DNA of 64,000 nt from Paracoccaceae bacterium. Its GTDB lineage: Bacteria > Pseudomonadota > Alphaproteobacteria > Rhodobacterales > Rhodobacteraceae. The stretch covers positions 18,732 through 82,731 of the forward strand of contig JAGRMG010000243.1 of assembly GCA_020441385.1 (NCBI GenBank), given 5' to 3'. A model generated the notes under the pieces. That model had not been told where the DNA came from. It made no database searches and worked only from the letters and a program-made list of their open reading frames with translations. Positions 57,646 to 64,000 of this stretch are shown in pieces. The translations under genes and the position numbers were made by a program. Within the stretch, counting starts at the first letter, position 1. Every line of letters begins with the position of its first letter.

Positions 57646-58481
57646 CGCGGATCGACCGCCGCGCGCTGTTCACATCGGGTGCCGCCGCCGCGCTGCTGGC
57701 GGCGACCGGTGTATCGCTTGAGGCGTCGCCGCGCCCGGGCGGGCGGTTGCGGCTGGCGGTGCCCAGGGGCGATGGCAGCCTCGATGCCGTGATGCGCGGC
57801 GCGGTGTTCGACACCCTGACCGAAGTCGCCCCCGATGGCGTGCTGCGCGGCGAACTGGCCACCCGCTGGAGCGGCAGCGCAGATGCGCGCGACTGGGTGT
57901 TCGATCTGCGCGAGGGCGTGCGCTTTCACGACGGGCGGGAAATGGACGCGACCGATGTCGCGGCGTCGCTGGGTGCGCGCGATCTTCCGGTTCCGGGCGG
58001 CATGACGCTTGTTGCCGACGCGCCGCTGCGGTTGCGGATCGGACTGCGCCAGGGCAATCCCGACCTGCCCTATCTGCTGGCCGGCCCCGAAATGATCGTG
58101 ACGCGCGGCGATGGCGCCGATCAGGCGCTGGGAACCGGCGCCTATCGGGTCGGGCAGTACCGCGGCGACCGGCAGTTCCTGGGCCACAGGGTCGAGGCGC
58201 ATTACCGGGCCGGGCGCGCGGGCTGGGCCGACAGCGTTGAGGCCGTGGCGATCCCCGACGCGGCCGTGCGCGCCGAGGCGTTGCGCGACGGGTTCGTCGA
58301 TGTGGCGGTGCTGCCGCAGCGCGACGGGCTGATCGGGCGCGGCGATTTCATCTATCATCCGTCGGCCGAGAACATGGCGCTGGCGGCAAGGCGCGGCGTC
58401 GGTGTGCCGCGTGTCGTCGGGGCGCGCGCGCCGCTGGATGACGGCCGCATCGCCGAGCGGTGGTGGATCGCGTCTTCTTGA
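57642..58481 (+). CDS. Short (279-aa) family-5 solute-binding-protein-like protein with a Tat signal
   Basis: The ATG at 57642 overlaps the pip stop. The Tat signal is RIDRRALFTSGAAAALLAATG. RLRLAVP...TLTEVAPDGVLRGELATRW...WVFDLREGVRFHDG matches the N-terminal lobe of SBP_bac_5, but the protein is about half normal length. Confidence 0.55.
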   Translation: MTRIDRRALFTSGAAAALLAATGVSLEASPRPGGRLRLAVPRGDGSLDAVMRGAVFDTLTEVAPDGVLRGELATRWSGSADARDWVFDLREGVRFHDGREMDATDVAASLGARDLPVPGGMTLVADAPLRLRIGLRQGNPDLPYLLAGPEMIVTRGDGADQALGTGAYRVGQYRGDRQFLGHRVEAHYRAGRAGWADSVEAVAIPDAAVRAEALRDGFVDVAVLPQRDGLIGRGDFIYHPSAENMALAARRGVGVPRVVGARAPLDDGRIAERWWIASS

Positions 58482-58518
58482 CCTGACGCAGGCGGCCGGC
58501 AGGGATTTCGGGGGGACC

Positions 58519-59142
58519 ATGGCCAGGGGAAGCGGATTCTGGAACGTCCTGGCGAAACGCTATGCGCGCCAGAAGATCGCCGATCCGGCGGCCTATGAAC
58601 GCAAGCTGGAATGCACAAGGCGGTATCTGTCCGCGCAGGCCGAGGTGCTGGAATTCGGCTGTGGCACCGGATCGACCGCCCTGCTGCACGCGCCCCATGT
58701 CCGCAGCATCCGCGCCATCGACTATTCGGACAGGATGATTGCCATCGCCCGCGCCAAGGCGGCCGACCAGGGCATCGGCAACGTCACCTTCGAGGTTGGC
58801 GAACTGGGCGGGCCGAGCGAGCCTGAAAACAGCTATGACGCGGTTCTGGGCCTGAACATCCTGCATCTGCTGCCGGATTGGGACGCGGCCATCGCCGAGG
58901 TCTTCGGCCTGCTGCGGCCGGGTGGCGTGTTCGTATCCTCGACCGCCTGTCTTGAGGGAACGATGCGGGCGGCGCGGCCGCTATTCCAGGTCGCCGGCGC
59001 GCTGGGTCTGCTGCCCAGGGTCATGTTCCTTTCCGAGGACAGGCTGATCGGCGCGATCACCGGCGCCGGGTTCGAGATTGTCGAGCACTGGTCGCATGCC
59101 AAGGGCAGGGCGGTGTTCGTGGTGGCCCGCAAACCGGGCTGA
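58519..59142 (+). CDS. Class I SAM-dependent methyltransferase
   Basis: Start at ATG 58519, with motif I VLEFGCGTG and the post-I/II blocks. Confidence 0.75.
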   Translation: MARGSGFWNVLAKRYARQKIADPAAYERKLECTRRYLSAQAEVLEFGCGTGSTALLHAPHVRSIRAIDYSDRMIAIARAKAADQGIGNVTFEVGELGGPSEPENSYDAVLGLNILHLLPDWDAAIAEVFGLLRPGGVFVSSTACLEGTMRAARPLFQVAGALGLLPRVMFLSEDRLIGAITGAGFEIVEHWSHAKGRAVFVVARKPG

Positions 59143-59175
59143 GCCGGCCCGTACACGGCGGGTGCGTTCAAACCC

Positions 59176-59204
59176 CTTGCAGACTCGCCCCCCGTTGCGT
59201 ATAT
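59176..59204 (+). promoter_or_regulatory. Putative housekeeping promoter upstream of rimP (CTTGCA-N17-GTATAT)
   Basis: Close to the alphaproteobacterial sigma70 consensus CTTGAC-N17-CTATAT. It is the only promoter-like element I see in the 192-nt gap before rimP. Confidence 0.45.
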
Positions 59205-59210
59205 CCCCCT

Positions 59211-59283
59211 CGACAGCGGTGCGTCGGGGTCCAAACCCGAGGCTCCACCGGAAACATGTGACGGGCCGCGCGCCCGTTTTTTT
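59211..59283 (+). ncRNA. Candidate about 70-nt leader transcript or sRNA (promoter-to-terminator unit) upstream of rimP
   Basis: Bounded by the promoter at 59176-59204 and the terminator at 59261-59283. It has a 5' hairpin (CGAC 59211-59214 pairing with GTCG 59223-59226, extendable by flanking C/G runs). A C-rich single-stranded stretch (ccaaacccgaggctccacc) follows. Confidence 0.3.
59261..59283 (+). terminator. Intrinsic terminator in the rimP-nusA-infB leader
   Basis: ACGGGC (59261-59266), loop cgcgc, GCCCGT (59272-59277), then a run of seven T (59277-59283). It lies 52 nt upstream of the rimP ATG. Confidence 0.65.
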
Positions 59284-59334
59284 GTGCGCGGACGTCAGGC
59301 CACGAAAAGACCCGCACGGAATGCCCGAACGACC

Positions 59335-59916
59335 ATGAGCAACGACCTGATTGCAAAATCCGCAATGGACCGGCGTATCGCCGAGATCATCACCCCGGCG
59401 ATCGAGGATCTCGGGTTCGAACTGGTGCGCGTGCGGCTTATGTCGGGCAAGTCCACGATATTGCAGATCATGACCGACCGGCCCGACGGCGGCATAGAGG
59501 TGGACGAATGCGCCGCCGTCTCGAACGCCGTCAGCGCGGTTCTGGATGTCGAGGATCCGATTCTCGACGCCTATACGCTGGAAGTGTCCAGCCCCGGCAT
59601 CGACCGGCCGCTGACGCGGCTCAAGGATTTCGACGCGTTCGAGGGCTATGAGGCCAAGCTGGAAACCGCCGAGCCGATCGACGGAAGGCGCCGCTTCAAG
59701 GGCGAACTGGCGGGCATCGACGGCGACGAGGTGCTGATCAATGTCGAGGAAGGCACGATCGGCCTGAAATTCGACTGGCTGAGCGAGGCAAAGCTGGTTC
59801 TGACCGACGAGCTGATCAAGGAAATGCTGCGCCAGCGGAAATCCGCGGGCGCGCTGAACGAAGACCGTTTTGACGAAATCATCGAGACCGAAGGGTCGGA
59901 CGAGGAGAACAACTGA
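59335..59916 (+). CDS. rimP: Ribosome maturation factor RimP
   Basis: Start at ATG 59335. [15 protein letters not shown]...[12 protein letters not shown] is RimP-like. The stop overlaps the nusA ATG by 1 nt. Confidence 0.9.
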   Translation: MSNDLIAKSAMDRRIAEIITPAIEDLGFELVRVRLMSGKSTILQIMTDRPDGGIEVDECAAVSNAVSAVLDVEDPILDAYTLEVSSPGIDRPLTRLKDFDAFEGYEAKLETAEPIDGRRRFKGELAGIDGDEVLINVEEGTIGLKFDWLSEAKLVLTDELIKEMLRQRKSAGALNEDRFDEIIETEGSDEENN

Positions 59917-61535
59917 TGGCAATCACCTCTGCAAACCAGCTTGAGCTGTTGCAAACCGCCGAGGCCGTGGCCCGCGAAAAGATGATCGAACCCGGTCTGG
60001 TGATCGAGGCGATGGAAGAAAGCCTCGCCCGCGCCGCCAAGAGCCGCTATGGCGCCGAGATGGACATTCGCGTGAGCATCGACCGCAAGACCGGCCGGGC
60101 GACGTTCACCCGCGTGCGCACCGTGGTCGAGGACGACGAACTTGAGAACTACCAGGCCGAGATGACCGTGGAGCAGGCGCGCCAGTATCTCGACGATCCC
60201 AAGGTCGGCGACACCTTCGTCGAAGAGGTGCCGCCGGTGGAAATGGGCCGCATCGCGGCGCAGTCGGCCAAGCAGGTGATCCTGCAAAAGGTCCGCGAGG
60301 CCGAACGCGACCGCCAGTACGAGGAATTCAAGGACCGCGCCGGCACCATCATCAACGGGCTGGTCAAGCGCGAGGAATACGGCAACGTCATCGTCGATGT
60401 CGGCGCCGGCGAGGCGATCCTGCGCCGCAACGATAAGATCGGCCGCGAAAGCTATCGCCCCAACGACCGCATCCGCTGCTATGTCAAGGACGTGCGCCGC
60501 GAGGTCCGCGGGCCGCAGATCTTCCTGTCGCGCACCGCGCCGGAATTCATGGCCGCACTGTTCAAGATGGAAGTGCCCGAGATCTACGACGGCATCATCG
60601 AGATCAAGGCGGTGGCCCGCGACCCCGGCAGCCGCGCCAAGATCGCGGTGATTTCCTATGACGGCTCGATCGACCCGGTCGGCGCCTGCGTCGGCATGCG
60701 CGGCAGCCGTGTGCAGGCCGTGGTGAACGAGTTGCAGGGCGAGAAGATCGACATCATCCCGTGGAGCGAGGATCTTCCGACCTTCCTGGTCAACGCGTTG
60801 CAGCCGGCGGAAGTGACCAAGGTGGTCCTGGACGAGGAAGCCGAGCGCATCGAGGTGGTGGTGCCCGAAGAGCAGCTTTCGCTTGCCATCGGCCGGCGCG
60901 GCCAGAACGTGCGCCTGGCCAGCCAGCTGACAGGGCTTGATATCGACATCATGACCGAGGAAGAGGAAAGCGCCCGGCGTCAGAAGGAGTTCGAGGAACG
61001 CACCAAACTGTTCATGGACACCCTGGATCTGGACGAGTTCTTTGCCCAGCTTCTGGTTTCCGAGGGCTTCACCAACCTCGAAGAGGTCGCCTATGTCGAA
61101 CAGGACGAACTGCTTGTCATCGACGGGGTGGATGAGGACACGGCCCAGGAATTGCAGGCGCGGGCCCGCGATTACCTCGAGGCGCAGGCCAGGGCGGCGC
61201 TTGAAAATGCGCGCGCCCTTGGCGCCGAGGACAGCCTGATCGAGTTCGAGGGGCTGACCCCGCAGATGATCGAGGCGCTGGCCCGGGACGGTGTGAAGAC
61301 GCTGGAAGATTTCGCCACCTGCGCCGACTGGGAACTGGCCGGGGGCTGGACCACGGTCGATGGCGAACGCGTCAAGGATGACGGTCTTCTCGAACCCTTC
61401 GACATGTCGCTCGAAGAGGCGCAGCATCTGGTCATGAATGCGCGCATCCTGCTGGGCTGGGTCGATCCGGCCGACCTGGCAAGCGAGGCAGAGGACGACG
61501 AATCCGGCGCGATCGAAGCGGAGGCCGGGGCCTGA
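59916..61535 (+). CDS. nusA: Transcription termination/antitermination factor NusA
   Basis: 539 aa with N-terminal, S1, KH1 and KH2 domains ([39 protein letters not shown]) and C-terminal acidic repeats. Confidence 0.97.
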   Translation: MAITSANQLELLQTAEAVAREKMIEPGLVIEAMEESLARAAKSRYGAEMDIRVSIDRKTGRATFTRVRTVVEDDELENYQAEMTVEQARQYLDDPKVGDTFVEEVPPVEMGRIAAQSAKQVILQKVREAERDRQYEEFKDRAGTIINGLVKREEYGNVIVDVGAGEAILRRNDKIGRESYRPNDRIRCYVKDVRREVRGPQIFLSRTAPEFMAALFKMEVPEIYDGIIEIKAVARDPGSRAKIAVISYDGSIDPVGACVGMRGSRVQAVVNELQGEKIDIIPWSEDLPTFLVNALQPAEVTKVVLDEEAERIEVVVPEEQLSLAIGRRGQNVRLASQLTGLDIDIMTEEEESARRQKEFEERTKLFMDTLDLDEFFAQLLVSEGFTNLEEVAYVEQDELLVIDGVDEDTAQELQARARDYLEAQARAALENARALGAEDSLIEFEGLTPQMIEALARDGVKTLEDFATCADWELAGGWTTVDGERVKDDGLLEPFDMSLEEAQHLVMNARILLGWVDPADLASEAEDDESGAIEAEAGA

Positions 61536-61551
61536 CCGCAGGCCCCGGGTG

Positions 61552-62178
61552 ATGCCCATGAGTCGCGGCGGCGCCTCGAAGGACCGGACGGACGGGCCGG
61601 AGCGCAAATGCATCGCGACCGGCGAGGTTCGGCCGAAATACGGGCTGATCCGCTTTGTCGCCGGCCCCGATGGCGCCGTGGTGCCCGATATTCCGGGCAA
61701 GCTGCCCGGCCGCGGTGTCTATGTCGCCGCCGACCGGGCGGCGCTGGATCGGGCGGTTGACAAGAAGCTTTTCGCTCGCGGGTTGAAACGGCCGGTCACG
61801 ATCCCAGATAGGTTGACCGACACGGTCGAGGCGCTGCTCGTCCGTCGCGTGGTCGAACTGATCAGCCTGGCGCGAAAGTCGGGCGAGGCGGTGGCCGGCT
61901 ACGAAAAGGTGAAGGCCTGGCTTGACCGCGAAGAGGCCTGGGTGCTGATCCAGGCGGCCGACGGGTCGGGCCGCGGCAAGTCCAAGCTGAGCACGCCGCA
62001 TTTCGGCAAGTATGTCGGATGGTTGAGCGCGGATGAGCTGGGCATGGCCTTTGGCCGCCAAACTGTGATACATGCGGCGCTCGCCTCTGGTGGACTCGGC
62101 AAACGTGTTGTAGAGGAAGCGCAACGCCTGCGCGGCTTGCGCGAAACGGACGGCGGCGGGGGCCGCCTGGAAGGATAA
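61552..62178 (+). CDS. YlxR/DUF448 RNA-binding protein with an L7Ae-like C-terminal domain
   Basis: Start at ATG 61552. [10 protein letters not shown]...IRFV...GRGVYV is the DUF448 motif. The position between nusA and infB is conserved. Confidence 0.8.
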   Translation: MPMSRGGASKDRTDGPERKCIATGEVRPKYGLIRFVAGPDGAVVPDIPGKLPGRGVYVAADRAALDRAVDKKLFARGLKRPVTIPDRLTDTVEALLVRRVVELISLARKSGEAVAGYEKVKAWLDREEAWVLIQAADGSGRGKSKLSTPHFGKYVGWLSADELGMAFGRQTVIHAALASGGLGKRVVEEAQRLRGLRETDGGGGRLEG

Positions 62179-62186
62179 AGAGCTTG

Positions 62187-64000
62187 ATGAGCGATAGTGA
62201 CGGCAAGAAGACCTTGGGTCTGCGTGGAGGTTCCCGTTCGGGGAACGTGAAACAGAGTTTCAGCCACGGGCGGACCAAGAATGTCGTGGTGGAAACCAAG
62301 CGCAAGCGCGTTGTGGTGCCCAAGCCGGGCGCCGCCAAGCCGGCCGGTGCGGCCAAGACGCCGTCGGGCGATCCCGCCAGGCGCCCGGCCGGGATTTCCG
62401 ATGCCGAGATGGAGCGCCGGCTGAAGGCCGTTCAGGCGGCCAAGGCGCGCGAAGCCGAAGAGGCCGCGCAGCGCGAAGCCGAGGAAAAGGCGCGCGCCGA
62501 AGACCGCGAGCGCCGCCGCGAGGAAGCCGAGGCCAAGGAACGCGAGGAGCGCGAGCGCGAAGAGGCGCTGAAGGCCAAGGCCGAAGAGGAAGAACGCCAG
62601 CGCCGCGAGGCGGAAGAAGCCGCCAAGCGCGCGGCCGAACCCGCCGCGCCCGAGACCGGGCCGCGCAGCCCTGCGCCCAAACCGGCCGCGGCGCCGGGCC
62701 CGCGCAAGTCCGATCGCGAACGCGACGATCGCGGCAGTCGCGGCAAGGCCCGCGACGATGGTCGCCGGTCGGGAAAGCTGACGTTGAATCAGGCGCTGAG
62801 CGGCGGCGAAGGCGGCCGCCAGCGATCCATGGCCGCGATGAAGCGCAAGCAGGAGCGCGCGCGCCAGAAGGCGATGGGCGGAAGTGCCGAGCGCGAAAAG
62901 GTGATCCGCGAGGTTCAGTTGCCCGAGACCATCATGGTGTCGGAACTGGCCAACCGCATGGCCGAACGCGTCGCCGCCGTGGTCAAGGCCCTGATGAACA
63001 TGGGCATGATGGTCACGCAGAACGAGGCCATCGACGCCGATACCGCCGAACTGATCATCGAGGAATTCGGCCACAAGGCGGTGCGTGTCTCGGACGCCGA
63101 TGTCGAGGACGTGATCGACCAGGTCGAGGACGCGCCGGACGATCTGAAGCCGCGCCCGCCGGTGATTACCGTCATGGGCCACGTCGACCACGGCAAGACC
63201 TCGCTGCTGGATGCGATCCGCAACGCCAAGGTCGTCGCGGGCGAGGCCGGAGGCATCACCCAGCATATCGGTGCCTATCAGGTCAACACCGATGACGGCC
63301 AGCTTCTGACCTTCCTCGACACGCCGGGCCACGCCGCGTTCACCTCGATGCGCTCGCGCGGTGCGCAGGTCACAGATATCGTGGTGCTGGTGGTCGCCGC
63401 CGACGATGCCGTGATGCCCCAGACCGTCGAGGCGATCAATCACGCCAAGGCGGCCGGTGTGCCGATGATCGTGGCGATCAACAAGATCGACCGCCCGGCG
63501 GCCGACCCCAACAAGGTCCGTACCGATCTGTTGCAGCACGAAGTGATCGTGGAAGAGATGTCGGGCGACGTGCAGGATGTCGAGGTCTCGGCCATCACCG
63601 GCCAGGGGCTCGACAATCTGCTGGAAGCGATCGCCCTGCAGGCCGAACTTCTGGAACTCAAGGCCAACCCGGACCGCGCGGCGCAGGGCGCGGTGATCGA
63701 GGCCAAGCTCGATGTCGGCCGCGGCCCGGTGGCCACCGTCCTGGTGCAGACCGGCACCTTGCGGCAGGGCGACATTTTCGTGGTCGGCGAACAATGGGGC
63801 CGCGTGCGCGCCATGGAAAACGACAAGGGCGAACGCGTGAAGGAGGCCGGGCCGTCGGTTCCGGTCGAGGTGCTGGGCCTGAACGGCACGCCCGAGGCGG
63901 GCGACGTTCTGAACGTGGTCGATACCGAGGCCCAGGCGCGCGAGATCGCCGAGTACCGGGCCGGTGCGGCCAAGGACAAGCGCGCCGCCGCCGGTGCGGC
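62187..64000 (+). CDS. infB: Translation initiation factor IF-2 (3' end beyond the window)
   Basis: Absent from the ORF track because no stop lies in the window. ATG 62187 gives [15 protein letters not shown]...[22 protein letters not shown], then a charged EA/KR repeat region and the G-domain [17 protein letters not shown]...DTPGH...NKID. Confidence 0.95.
   Translation, partial: MSDSDGKKTLGLRGGSRSGNVKQSFSHGRTKNVVVETKRKRVVVPKPGAAKPAGAAKTPSGDPARRPAGISDAEMERRLKAVQAAKAREAEEAAQREAEEKARAEDRERRREEAEAKEREEREREEALKAKAEEEERQRREAEEAAKRAAEPAAPETGPRSPAPKPAAAPGPRKSDRERDDRGSRGKARDDGRRSGKLTLNQALSGGEGGRQRSMAAMKRKQERARQKAMGGSAEREKVIREVQLPETIMVSELANRMAERVAAVVKALMNMGMMVTQNEAIDADTAELIIEEFGHKAVRVSDADVEDVIDQVEDAPDDLKPRPPVITVMGHVDHGKTSLLDAIRNAKVVAGEAGGITQHIGAYQVNTDDGQLLTFLDTPGHAAFTSMRSRGAQVTDIVVLVVAADDAVMPQTVEAINHAKAAGVPMIVAINKIDRPAADPNKVRTDLLQHEVIVEEMSGDVQDVEVSAITGQGLDNLLEAIALQAELLELKANPDRAAQGAVIEAKLDVGRGPVATVLVQTGTLRQGDIFVVGEQWGRVRAMENDKGERVKEAGPSVPVEVLGLNGTPEAGDVLNVVDTEAQAREIAEYRAGAAKDKRAAAGA

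Noticed and set aside
59143-59334. A tRNA-fMet (metY-like) gene upstream of rimP, as in E. coli
   Set aside because: No cloverleaf, acceptor stem or T-loop (GTTCNANNC) can be built from this 192-nt region. It is better described as promoter, short hairpins and terminator.

Overview
This is a high-GC alphaproteobacterial chromosome segment (roughly two-thirds G+C by eye, not computed). Protein signatures look Rhodobacteraceae/Paracoccus-like. All family calls come from motif and pattern recognition on the translated ORFs; no database search was run. The window is origin-proximal core genome. Gene order: mutS (3' end), grpE-hrcA, rph-rdgB-hemW-ybaN, then parB-parA-rsmG-mnmG-mnmE-rho-hemJ on the minus strand. 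A 407-nt AT-rich gap follows, which I call the putative oriC. Then maf-aroE-coaE-dnaQ on the plus strand, which is the same synteny that flanks the Caulobacter origin. After that come secB, fxsA, a Tim44-like gene, mltA, an Smr-domain gene, MFS plus DUF900 genes, and hslU and hslV split by an opposite-strand WYL-like ORF. Next are a KpsS-like gene, trxA, an overlapping addA-addB-murU-amgK-tsaE chain, a kinase-less multi-PAS protein, regB/senC/regA, and a GT61-like gene. Then DUF1810, argG, an Hpt plus REC-PP2C pair, Nudix genes, hslO, cca, an ABC exporter and a NaChBac-type sodium channel. The last part holds an L,D-transpeptidase/CAP envelope cluster, hemH, comF, grxC, ubiG, pip and rimP-nusA-ylxR-infB (infB runs off the 3' end). 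I saw no rRNA, tRNA, CRISPR array, transposase, integrase or phage gene. Signals the ORF track does not explain are two perfect parS palindromes inside rsmG and mnmG, the oriC candidate, and a promoter-plus-intrinsic-terminator unit in the rimP leader. There are also short repeats in the envelope-cluster intergenic regions. I found no clear novel multi-gene system. The best second-look candidates are modest: the WYL-like/Tat-like ORF splitting hslVU, the PAS-only protein behind regB, the orphan Hpt/REC-PP2C pair and the rimP leader. The many long ORFs antisense to real genes are high-GC artefacts.
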